In this document: positions 1 through 7,754 of the stretch, piece by piece
How the letters are laid out: each line of letters opens with the position of its first letter
Numbering within the stretch: position 1 is the first letter of the stretch
Assembly (NCBI GenBank): GCA_030649025.1
Contig: JAUSGO010000022.1
Coordinates: 9,023-73,022 of the forward strand
DNA length: 64,000 bases
Source: a bacterium
Lineage (GTDB): Bacteria; Patescibacteriota; Minisyncoccia; JAUYLV01
Reading direction: 5' to 3'
The notes under the pieces: model-generated
What the model was told of the DNA's origin: nothing
Database searches by the model: none
What the model saw: only the letters and a program-made list of their open reading frames with translations
Made by a program: the position numbers and the translations under genes

Positions 1-1
1 A

Positions 2-1243
2 AAGCATTATGCTGCTCTTGAAATTGGGTCAAGAAAGTTGCGCGGACTTCTTTTTTCCCATGGAGAAGGAGACTCGCTGGTTTTAGAAGAGCTTGTGCAG
101 GTACCCTACGAGGAGCGCAAAGGCCGCGCGACGGGGCTTCTTACAGTGGATGCGGGCGCCATAGAGCGCGCGGCAAAAACGCTTCTGGAAAAACTTCCGA
201 GATTTGCCAAAGTTCGGAATGTCTCGGTAGGGCTTGGAGCGGAGTTTCTCCGCAGTATAACGTTTCGGGCTGTTTTCGAGCGCGATGAGCCGAAAGAAAA
301 GATTGATGCGGCAGAGCTTAAAAATCTTCTGGAAAAAGCGGAGCGGGCAAGTCGCGAGAGTATCGGAGAGAAACTCCTGCGGCAGAATGGCCCAGAGGTG
401 AATTTGCGGCTTGTCTCTTCGCGCCTGGAAGAAATACTCATTGACGGCTATGGCGTGAACGATCCGGTTGGCCTTGCGGGAAAGGAAATAGAAATCGCTC
501 TTTTTAACCTCTACACCGAGGAACCTCATCTCGAATTTCTTCAAGCCATAAAGAAGCTTCTCGGGATTAAGAATCTCTTTCCGCGCTCATTGCCGTACAA
601 CGTGTGTCGCGCCCATGCGTCTTTTGCACCGACAAGTTTGCCCTACTCTGGTATTTTCATCGGCGTTGACGAAGCTCTCACGAGCGTCTCCGTTGTTTCA
701 AAAAACGTGTTTTTAGGGATGAAACTTTTTTCAATCGGCAGAAATCTTTTTACGCGCAGTATTGGGGAAAATCTCGGCTTGGGTTTTAAGGAAGCCGAAG
801 ACATGCAGCGGCAGTATGCAGGAGGGAAATTGAGCGTGCAGGTGAGCCGTAAAATTTCCGGGATTTTGAAACGGGCTTCGTCCGTTTGGGCGACCGGCGT
901 GGAGCTGGCCTTGGAAGAATTTTCACAGGCCTTGGAGATTTTTCCGTCCGCTATATTCGTTTATGGCGAAGGAGCCGATCTGCCGGACCTGATCAGGGTG
1001 CTTAACGAGACCGATCGTTTTGCGCAAATACCGTTTTTGGAAAAAAGAACCCCCGTCGTGCTTGCGCCAGCAGATCTACCGTTTTTTAAGGGAGATAAGG
1101 ATTTGAAAAAGTTTTCCGGAATCTCAACTTCAAGCGCCGATACGCCGATATGCTGTCTGGCCTATGTCTCCCTGTTTGATACGGGTCCGTCTGGCGAACT
1201 GGCACGCATTGTGCAACGCGCAACAAGACTGGCATACTCTTAG
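2..1243 (+). CDS. ftsA: Cell division protein FtsA (actin-like ATPase), 5'-truncated by the window edge
   Basis: The frame is open to the window edge. The upstream in-frame peptide AALEIGSRKLRGLLF matches the FtsA N-terminal phosphate-1 motif (LDIGTSKI). The region SIGRNLFTRSIGENLGLGFKEAEDMQRQYAGG resembles FtsA phosphate-2 / adenosine motifs. Confidence 0.5.
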   Translation, partial: KHYAALEIGSRKLRGLLFSHGEGDSLVLEELVQVPYEERKGRATGLLTVDAGAIERAAKTLLEKLPRFAKVRNVSVGLGAEFLRSITFRAVFERDEPKEKIDAAELKNLLEKAERASRESIGEKLLRQNGPEVNLRLVSSRLEEILIDGYGVNDPVGLAGKEIEIALFNLYTEEPHLEFLQAIKKLLGIKNLFPRSLPYNVCRAHASFAPTSLPYSGIFIGVDEALTSVSVVSKNVFLGMKLFSIGRNLFTRSIGENLGLGFKEAEDMQRQYAGGKLSVQVSRKISGILKRASSVWATGVELALEEFSQALEIFPSAIFVYGEGADLPDLIRVLNETDRFAQIPFLEKRTPVVLAPADLPFFKGDKDLKKFSGISTSSADTPICCLAYVSLFDTGPSGELARIVQRATRLAYS

Positions 1244-1364
1244 AAGAAATTCAAAATGCAAAACTCAAAATGCAAAATTTTGGAATATCGTGAAAGTTTT
1301 TCTTGTAAGAAAAACCTTCACTCCTTAATTTTGATTTTTGACTTTTAATTTTTGAGTTATTTGA
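1244..1364 (+). repeat. Family-2 ~120-bp hairpin element, copy 1
   Basis: A central hairpin GTGAAAGTTTTT-cttgtaag-AAAAACCTTCAC flanked by CAAAATGCAAAA / TCAAAAATCAAAAGTC-type A/T-rich arms. It ends at the start codon of the 1365 gene. Confidence 0.65.
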
Positions 1365-3155
1365 ATGGCTCCCACTCCCCACATTTTATATGCACATCGC
1401 GAAGACGAGATCACCTCATTACTCGACGCTATCGACGCGCAGGATGCCCCGGAAGTGCTTCTTGTAGTTCCTCGGGAGGCGTTGTTGTTCCGCGATCTTC
1501 TGAATCTCAAACTTCTCAAACGCGAATGCGAAAAGCTCAATAAAAAACTCACGATTTCCACCCAGGACCCCTCTGGCGCGGGTCTTGCAAAAAAAGCTGG
1601 TATCGCTGTTGAGGTTATCTCCGAAGGAGAAAAATTCTTTGAAGAATGGCCCACCCAGAGAGGAAGCGGAAAAGGGGGGTCTCTGGTTTCACAGCCTTCA
1701 GAAGTTCCACAAATTGTCAAAGGCCAGCAGATACCCATATCAGTTAACTCCTCACCTTCTATGACTACCAAACCTTCTCCGGACCAGTTTAATTCCTATG
1801 TGCAAAAACCCAGCCTCGACTTGTCTCGGCGAGGCGGGCGAGGCCGGGCGATGGACGTCATGCCGTCGACAAGAGCTACTGATGCTGCGCCGCGAAGATC
1901 TGTCCAAATGCCATCTGCTCCTTTGGCACACGGTGCTTCCGAAGAAAAACCTATAAAGGAAGAGATTTATCAAGAAGAATCTTCCGGGCGTACGCCGCGG
2001 CGCATTGGAAAAAAATTCTTTATTTGGACCTTAAGCGTTCTTTTGGTGCTTGGGATTTTAGGAGCGGGGATCAGATATATAAAGCCTTCGGCTACCGTTA
2101 CCATCTATCCCAAGGAGGATGCCGTAGAATTTGAAATGGACCTTTCGGGCCGCACAGAAATTTCTTCAGTCGACATCGCAAAAGCTGTTTTGCCTCTTGA
2201 ACGATTTCTGGTTGAGGAGACGACCGCAAAAGAATTTCCTTCAAGCGGCGATCGCGAGGTGGTAAGTAAGGCTCATGGCAAACTTACCGTATACAACGCA
2301 TTCAGTTCCTCTCCGCAGCCTATTGTCGCCACGACCCGGTTTCTTTCAGAATCGGGAAAGCTCTTCCGCACGCCCAAAGCCGTTGTTATTCCCGGTGCAA
2401 AGGTAGAGGGCGGAAAATTGACGCCGGGGTCCATAGAGATCGAGGTTGTGGCGGACCAGGCAGGAGCCGAGTACAACATTGCTCCTTCTCGGTTTTCCAT
2501 TCCCGGATTTAGCGGGACGCCCAAGGATGGAAAATTTTATGGAGAATCCCATGAGTCTCTGACGGGAGGGTTCAAGGGTTCCGGGCGCGTGGTCGAGAAA
2601 AAGGATATTGAAGCGGCGCGCTCAAGCCTTATCTCCGGAGAATCAGATCGTATGAAAGAGGTATTGCGCAAGAAATTCCCTCCGGATCTTGTCTATAGCG
2701 AAGGCGCGCTCCTTGTTGCAAGCACTGAAGTAAGCGTCTCTCCAAAGGAAGGAGAGCCGGGTGAGAAATTTACGCTCACGGTTCATACAATCGCTCAAGC
2801 ATATCTTTTTAGAGAGCAGGATGTGTTGGCGATCGTTGAGCCGAATATTACCGAAAACCTTGGCGGAAAGTACCGCACCCTGCCCGATACCCGCAAAATT
2901 TCCTATACGGTTCGGCAGCTTGATGCCGCTCTTGGCCGTCTTGCGCTTACCGCACTGATAAGCGTGCGAAGACAGGCAGTCATCGATGAGGGCGATCTTC
3001 GTTTGCGGCTTATAAATTCCGACATTGATCAGGCAAAAGCCTTTTTTGCCGAGCAGAATCATATTGACCGGGTTAATCTCTCGCTCTGGCCTTTCTGGTC
3101 ACGACAGCTTCCGGCAGATTCAAGCCGTATCAAGGTTATTACGGGGAAGAAATAG
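1365..3155 (+). CDS. Hypothetical membrane-anchored protein (N-terminal cytoplasmic domain, Pro/Ser linker, one TM, large C-terminal domain)
   Basis: 596-aa ORF preceded by a family-2 intergenic element. There is a TM helix (FFIWTLSVLLVLGILGAGI) near aa 225. No family-defining motif was recognised. It sits where ftsZ would usually follow ftsA, but it lacks the tubulin GGGTGSG motif. Confidence 0.45.
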   Translation: MAPTPHILYAHREDEITSLLDAIDAQDAPEVLLVVPREALLFRDLLNLKLLKRECEKLNKKLTISTQDPSGAGLAKKAGIAVEVISEGEKFFEEWPTQRGSGKGGSLVSQPSEVPQIVKGQQIPISVNSSPSMTTKPSPDQFNSYVQKPSLDLSRRGGRGRAMDVMPSTRATDAAPRRSVQMPSAPLAHGASEEKPIKEEIYQEESSGRTPRRIGKKFFIWTLSVLLVLGILGAGIRYIKPSATVTIYPKEDAVEFEMDLSGRTEISSVDIAKAVLPLERFLVEETTAKEFPSSGDREVVSKAHGKLTVYNAFSSSPQPIVATTRFLSESGKLFRTPKAVVIPGAKVEGGKLTPGSIEIEVVADQAGAEYNIAPSRFSIPGFSGTPKDGKFYGESHESLTGGFKGSGRVVEKKDIEAARSSLISGESDRMKEVLRKKFPPDLVYSEGALLVASTEVSVSPKEGEPGEKFTLTVHTIAQAYLFREQDVLAIVEPNITENLGGKYRTLPDTRKISYTVRQLDAALGRLALTALISVRRQAVIDEGDLRLRLINSDIDQAKAFFAEQNHIDRVNLSLWPFWSRQLPADSSRIKVITGKK

Positions 3156-3185
3156 TATAAGGTCTCATCCCAGTGAATTTAAAAA

Positions 3186-3215
3186 AGGACCCTTTTTGGG
3201 GTCCTTTCGGTTTTT
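3186..3215. terminator. Bidirectional intrinsic terminator between the convergent 1365..3155(+) and 3236..3526(-) genes
   Basis: aaaaa-AGGACCC-tttttg-GGGTCCT-ttcggttttt: a perfect 7-bp GC-rich stem with a 6-nt loop, flanked by an A-run and a T-run. Confidence 0.7.
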
Positions 3216-3235
3216 GCGGTATTTCGCGGGGTCTG

Positions 3236-3526
3236 TTATCTTCCGCCGTTTTCAAACTTCGGCGTAAGCACGACGAGGTCTCCCGCCTGAAGCACGGTGT
3301 CGCCATTGGATGCGCGTTCGTTCACCGTAGCGCTTCCGTCCGCCTTTTTGGCGCCGCCCACGGTCTTGAGCGCGTCTTCAACGGTCATTCCCGGGGTAAA
3401 GGGGAGGGCATGTGATTTGTCGCCGATAGTGACCGTTACCGCATTCGAATGCGGAGGAGCGACGGCAGTGGCGAGGGGGATTATGGGGGTTGCAGTTTTC
3501 GGTTCTTCCAATAGTGCCGATCTCAT
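3236..3526 (-). CDS. ThiS/MoaD-family beta-grasp ubiquitin-like protein (Ubl), C-terminal ...FENGG-R
   Basis: The ~65-aa core VTVTIGDK...MTVEDALKTVG...TVLQAGDLVVLTPKFENGG has the ThiS/MoaD pattern (GD-x-V-x-L-x-P-x-x-GG). The diglycine is followed by one extra Arg. There is a 30-aa Pro/Ala-rich N-terminal extension. It is the last gene of a 4-gene operon. Confidence 0.6.
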   Translation of the reverse strand: MRSALLEEPKTATPIIPLATAVAPPHSNAVTVTIGDKSHALPFTPGMTVEDALKTVGGAKKADGSATVNERASNGDTVLQAGDLVVLTPKFENGGR

Positions 3527-3548
3527 AAGGGTTTCTCCTTTTTTGTGG

Positions 3549-4232
3549 TTAGGATTTTTGACGCTCTTCCTGGCGGATGAGCGTCAAATTCTTGAGGTTG
3601 AAAACCAGACGTTGCCAGTAAGGCTCTTGCATGAGCCAATGCGTAAGTTGCGAGCCGATGAGCGAGGCGATTGCCATGTTCACCGGCAGGAATGCGTCGC
3701 AAGCAAGGTCCGGGTCGATGTCTTGCGCCTCGTGAAGATGTTTTTCGTAGAACTCAACATCCTCGAGGCAGGAGGGACGGACAGTATGTATTTCCATCCA
3801 TTGGCCTTTTGTACCCACGCCGGTTCGTGCGTCGAGATAAACTGGAATTTTGCTGTTCCAGGCTACCTTGCTCCAGATGGCTTTGCGGGATTCCATGGAA
3901 TCGACGCCCGAGATGACGATGCCGCTAAGTGTCGGGAGCGATTCGTTTGGAAATGAGCAGGCGTGTTTCTTTATAGCAATTCCGGTCAAGCATAGCACGC
4001 GTTCATGCGCCGTGTCAACCTTCGGTCTGCCCGCGTCCGTCGGTCCCCACAGGAGATGGTTTGGCACGTTATGGTCCTCTATGGCATCCGAATCGATGAG
4101 CGTGATATTCTCAAACCCGATCTTGGCAAGCATCAATGTTGTCGGACTTCCGATGCCTCCTGCGCCGATGACGGTTACGGGAAATACGATGGCGTCTATA
4201 GGCAGGATGCGCTCTTGTCTGAAGTGGTTCAT
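3549..4232 (-). CDS. ThiF/MoeB/HesA-family E1-like adenylyltransferase (minimal E1)
   Basis: Rossmann motif VIGAGGIGS. LIDSDAIEDHNVPNHLL matches the E1 D-x-D-x-(V/I)-E-x-SN-L-x-RQ region. IPVYLDARTGVGTKGQ matches the MoeB/ThiF ...PLVSGAAIRxEGQ ATP-binding segment. It overlaps the upstream JAB gene by 4 nt (ATGA coupling). Confidence 0.75.
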   Translation of the reverse strand: MNHFRQERILPIDAIVFPVTVIGAGGIGSPTTLMLAKIGFENITLIDSDAIEDHNVPNHLLWGPTDAGRPKVDTAHERVLCLTGIAIKKHACSFPNESLPTLSGIVISGVDSMESRKAIWSKVAWNSKIPVYLDARTGVGTKGQWMEIHTVRPSCLEDVEFYEKHLHEAQDIDPDLACDAFLPVNMAIASLIGSQLTHWLMQEPYWQRLVFNLKNLTLIRQEERQKS

Positions 4233-4948
4233 GTCTTTTCCTCCGTTCTTTCGCCAAGAATCTGTTCGACCGGTAAGATGACTGGGTCTCCCTCCGGCAT
4301 TCGGTGAGTGTTTTTACCCAGAATGCTTTTTGGAGAAGGAATGTGAAGGCCGGCTACGCGCCATCCCTCCCGCACATGTTGATTGATGTCGTCTCGGCAC
4401 TGTTCGGTCAGGGTTTCATCTGCTACGTTCATCCGGACAAAAAGCGGCAGAGCTAGGGCAATGCGCAGGGGACGGTACACGTCGAGTCGGCATCGGTAGT
4501 CGCCTTGCTTGTTAAGTACAAGGCTTACCATCCAGTCGTAGTATCCTTCGTAGTCGGCAATCGTTCCGAGGTCCGTATGCGAGAAATATGCCGGCATGGA
4601 AACGTGCGAATGCCATTGAAGGCGTATGTGCGAAGGGTCCTTGCCCTCGCGTATCATGCGGCTCACCAGGCAGTTGTACGCCATAGAGTCTGTTTCGGCG
4701 TGTCCTCCGGAGACGCGCTGGTCAAGGATGAAAGGGTTTGTGATATAGAGGGTGCTTCCTTCAACTTCCACGATGCCAAACCCGTTTATCTCGAGCGGCA
4801 TAAGATCTACGTAGCACTTGATCTTTTGCAGCGCTTCGAGTGTGATGACTGCCCGGGGGAAACCCGTAAGTATCAGGTCTTCTCCCGAAGGAACCGGTGC
4901 TTCAACAAGCGCAGCTCGCGTTACCCTTTCGCCGGATTCAATTTCCAT
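4229..4948 (-). CDS. JAB/MPN (JAMM) metalloprotease
   Basis: Perfect JAMM motif H113-S-H115-VSMPAYF-S123-HT-D126 (HxHx7Sx2D). It overlaps the E1 gene by 4 nt and the upstream gene by 28 nt. Confidence 0.75.
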   Translation of the reverse strand: MEIESGERVTRAALVEAPVPSGEDLILTGFPRAVITLEALQKIKCYVDLMPLEINGFGIVEVEGSTLYITNPFILDQRVSGGHAETDSMAYNCLVSRMIREGKDPSHIRLQWHSHVSMPAYFSHTDLGTIADYEGYYDWMVSLVLNKQGDYRCRLDVYRPLRIALALPLFVRMNVADETLTEQCRDDINQHVREGWRVAGLHIPSPKSILGKNTHRMPEGDPVILPVEQILGERTEEKT

Positions 4949-6438
4949 GGAACCTCCTTAAAATCACGTAATTTATTTTTATCATTTTTGTTGAGGTGCG
5001 TGATGCTCTTGAGTATGTGCACCACCGCCGAGGGGATATCGCGCTCGGCAAGAAGATTATTGATATCGCCCGTGAGATTGCCGAAGCAGAAACCGCCGTC
5101 ACTTCCATAAGGGTAATCTACTTCTCCATCTCCTTTTGCCAGATTGCGGATGTAAATGCCAAACCCCTCGCCAACGTTCCGGATAAAGTCGATGCGGAAG
5201 TTCCCTATCTCAAAGAGGCGTGAGTCGTACATGATGTAGAGCGTATCGGTAAAAACCGATATGCATTCGCCTTCCACGTTTATTGCCATAACATCAGGAA
5301 AATCCTCCAGGAGCCGGAATGCTTCTTCGAAGCGAGAAAGTTTCTCTGGGTCGGGTTTCGGAGGAAGCTTCTCCAGCTCCTCCTGGTCGCGTTGCGCAAC
5401 TGCTTCGTTACGTTGCGCCCCCGCTAGCTTTGTGCCAAGCGACTGAAGGTCGCCTCTGACGCTGCGTATATTCTCCTCAAGGCTCACAGTCGTTCTCCGG
5501 GCCTCCTGGACGCGGTTTGCCGCAAGCATTTTCTGCAGGTCAATATCATACCATCCCAGAATTCTTATCCACTGCTCCCGTATCGCATCGCGCCTTGCGC
5601 GAAGTTGTGAAACGCGCGCGTCGGATGAAATTATTTTTTCACGCCTCTTTGTGTCGGTGCGCGCAAGGGACGATGTTTCCAGGATCGTCTCGGGTTTTTT
5701 TGAGTTTGCAAGCCATCTCGGGCGAGGCAAGTCCTGAAGAGGCGGCACTGGTTCGACTTCCGGGATAGAGAGAATTCTGCCATTAGCGAGTACATGCCGG
5801 AATGTGCGCCTGAAATTCACGAACCATCCTTCTACGTGCCCCCATGTCCACCCCGCGCCGATTATGACAGCGAACACGATTATGGCTCCTATGGTGCCGG
5901 GGAAAAGCACTAATCCCCATGCGTACGGCCAAGGTTTCTTAAGAACATCAGGTTCGGGGCCATCATCGAAAATATACGCCAGGACCACAATAAGCGAAAA
6001 TAGCGGATAGAAAATCCACAAAAGCCACCAGTCGACATTTTTCCAGTATGAGTCCCAAGACGGTTCGGCACGAAACGCTTTTTCATACGGCAGGCGTCCG
6101 CGCATGACAGCGATAACGGTCTGGGTCTCTTCGCGGACTATTTTGCCGTATGCGGTAGTTTCATGCACAAGAGATTTGTCCAGAATGAGGGCAAGCTCAT
6201 TTGCGGAAATCTCTTGAGGAAGCGTTCGAAGGATAGCCGCCACGTTGTATGCATCACTATTCTTTGTTTGCGCTGTCGGCGCTACCAGTTCCTTATAGAA
6301 ATCGTTACGATCTCTGATTGAGGATGCATCTACAAAAAATTTAAAGGCGTAAATTCCAAAGCAGAGCACTGCCACAATAAGAGCGATGAGGCCGCTACGG
6401 ATAAGTTTCTCGAGAAAAGCCCTATGCTCGTTTTCCAT
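4921..6438 (-). CDS. Membrane protein (3 predicted TM helices) with a central coiled coil and a C-terminal UBC/E2-like domain (candidate E2)
   Basis: TM helices at aa ~15-35, ~135-160 and ~170-195. A coiled-coil / charged region spans aa ~250-345. The C-terminal ~110 aa has alpha1, then a 4-strand meander (VMAINVEGECISVF / TLYIMYDS / RLFEIGNFRIDFI / GFGIYIRNL), then YPYGSDGGFCFGNL in the position of the E2 HPN...G-x-I-C-L active-site loop, then a helix. This is UBC-fold topology with a candidate catalytic Cys near aa 451. It is the first gene of the operon, with AGGAG 8 nt upstream of the ATG. Confidence 0.5.
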   Translation of the reverse strand: MENEHRAFLEKLIRSGLIALIVAVLCFGIYAFKFFVDASSIRDRNDFYKELVAPTAQTKNSDAYNVAAILRTLPQEISANELALILDKSLVHETTAYGKIVREETQTVIAVMRGRLPYEKAFRAEPSWDSYWKNVDWWLLWIFYPLFSLIVVLAYIFDDGPEPDVLKKPWPYAWGLVLFPGTIGAIIVFAVIIGAGWTWGHVEGWFVNFRRTFRHVLANGRILSIPEVEPVPPLQDLPRPRWLANSKKPETILETSSLARTDTKRREKIISSDARVSQLRARRDAIREQWIRILGWYDIDLQKMLAANRVQEARRTTVSLEENIRSVRGDLQSLGTKLAGAQRNEAVAQRDQEELEKLPPKPDPEKLSRFEEAFRLLEDFPDVMAINVEGECISVFTDTLYIMYDSRLFEIGNFRIDFIRNVGEGFGIYIRNLAKGDGEVDYPYGSDGGFCFGNLTGDINNLLAERDIPSAVVHILKSITHLNKNDKNKLRDFKEVPWKLNPAKG

Positions 6439-6492
6439 TTCCCAATCTCCTTTTCAGTCTTTCGGAATATAACTCTTGTAAAAGAGCCTTGC

Positions 6493-6521
6493 ATCATAAC
6501 AAAACATAAGTTGAACGTCAA
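6493..6521 (-). promoter_or_regulatory. Sigma70-like promoter of the Ubl/E1/JAB/E2-like operon
   Basis: On the minus strand: TTGACG, a 17-nt spacer, TATGAT, then AGGAG, then the ATG at 6438. Confidence 0.55.
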
Positions 6522-6659
6522 GAGCAACGTGTACTTGCTTTTTTAAGGCCAGGCTGTTAACATATTAATTAACGACAATGGGATAGTAGCGGACTTGAAA
6601 AGCGAAATGTGGGCTTTCTTAGGTAGCAAGAAAGCTCGTTTTCTTTGTTTTTTTGCCGG

Positions 6660-6688
6660 TTGACGGAAAAAGAGAATATTGCTATACT
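6660..6688 (+). promoter_or_regulatory. Sigma70-like promoter upstream of infA, divergent from the Ubl operon promoter
   Basis: TTGACG, a 17-nt spacer (gaaaaagagaatattgc), TATACT, located 17 nt upstream of the infA start. Confidence 0.55.
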
Positions 6689-6704
6689 TCCCCCTGTATT
6701 TTTA

Positions 6705-6920
6705 ATGCCCGAAAACGCACTGACTCGAAAAGAAGGATTAGTTTTAGAGGCCCTTCCGGGGGATCTTTTTAAAGTGCGTTTTGAAGACGGGGCAGAGGCC
6801 TTAGGATATCTCTCGGGGCGCATGCGCATGAACCATATCCGAGTGTTGCCCGGGGACAAGGTTGATGTTGAGTTCTCGCCGTATGACCCGAAGAGGGGGA
6901 GGATCGTGAGAAGAAACTAG
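6705..6920 (+). CDS. infA: Translation initiation factor IF-1
   Basis: [70 protein letters not shown] is colinear with the IF-1 S1-like fold (HISGKMRKNYIRILPGDKV...YDLSKGRI). The start was chosen at the internal Met of the longer ORF. Confidence 0.85.
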   Translation: MPENALTRKEGLVLEALPGDLFKVRFEDGAEALGYLSGRMRMNHIRVLPGDKVDVEFSPYDPKRGRIVRRN

Positions 6921-7023
6921 AGAATCACGAATTTACAGATACTACACGAATGTACAGATTCACGAATATTCGCGAATTCGCGTTATTCGCGTGGTATTCG
7001 CATCATTCGTGATTAGCGCAAGC

Positions 7024-7137
7024 ATGAAAGTTCGTCCGTCTATAAAAAAGATCTGTTCCAAGTGTAAGGTCATTCGTCGCAAAAAAACATTGCGTGTAGT
7101 TTGCGCAAACCCCAAGCATAAACAGAGACAGGGCTAA
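7024..7137 (+). CDS. rpmJ: 50S ribosomal protein L36
   Basis: A 37-aa ORF that is absent from the ORF track: [37 protein letters not shown], with the L36 C-x2-C...C-x4-H zinc ribbon and the KHKQRQG tail. Confidence 0.85.
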   Translation: MKVRPSIKKICSKCKVIRRKKTLRVVCANPKHKQRQG

Positions 7138-7223
7138 GACAGCTTATGGCTTCCGGTTCCTAGCTTATAGGAAAGTTTCTTAATTCCTATCGGCTAAAAG
7201 CTAAAAGCTAAAAGCTATACAAC

Positions 7224-7619
7224 GTGGCTGTCGTTCGCATCTCGGGAGCAACGCTTCCTCCCCAAAAACATATCGATGTCGCACTCGCGACGCTATACGG
7301 TGTCGGCAGGCCTCTGGCCCAGCAGATTCTTCGTTCGCTTAATATTCCTTTTAATGTCAAAACTGATGCGCTGGATAACGCCCAAGTCAGCGCGTTGCGC
7401 GAGATTATCGAAAAGAAATATCCGGTTGAAGGAGAGCTTCACCGAAGGATTATGATGAACATTAAACGGCTTAAGGATATTGGTTCATACCGAGGTCTAA
7501 GGCACTCCAAGGGGCTTCCGGTCCGCGGACAGCGGACGAAAACAAATTCCCGAACACGACGGGGTAATGTGCGCCGCACAATGGGAAGCGGCAGGAAGTC
7601 GGCCTCCGAAAAAACCTAA
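7224..7619 (+). CDS. rpsM: 30S ribosomal protein S13 (GTG start)
   Basis: VRISGATLPPQKHIDVALATLYGVGRPLAQQIL... plus the basic C-terminal tail is typical of S13. Confidence 0.85.
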   Translation: MAVVRISGATLPPQKHIDVALATLYGVGRPLAQQILRSLNIPFNVKTDALDNAQVSALREIIEKKYPVEGELHRRIMMNIKRLKDIGSYRGLRHSKGLPVRGQRTKTNSRTRRGNVRRTMGSGRKSASEKT

Positions 7620-7624
7620 AATGC

Positions 7625-7730
7625 TCGTCTGTCCGATTTTTCTCCACCAAGAGGGAGACCGTTTCAACACCCCTAAATTAAAAGTGTAAGACTCCCTCTT
7701 GAGTTCCGAAAAATCAGACAGACTCGATCT
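7625..7730. repeat. Nested long inverted repeat (about 100 nt) in the rpsM-rpsK spacer
   Basis: GTCTGTCCGATTTTTC...CAAGAGGGAGAC ... AGACTCCCTCTTGAG...GAAAAATCAGACAGAC. Confidence 0.55.
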
Positions 7731-7754
7731 CATGTTTTTCTAAATTTTTGATAT

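Noticed and set aside
3297-3956. 219-aa plus-strand ORF
   Set aside because: It is antisense to the strongly supported Ubl and E1 genes and has no motifs. It is a shadow ORF.
4505-5110. 201-aa plus-strand ORF
   Set aside because: It is antisense to the JAB gene and to the start of the E2-like gene. It is a shadow ORF.
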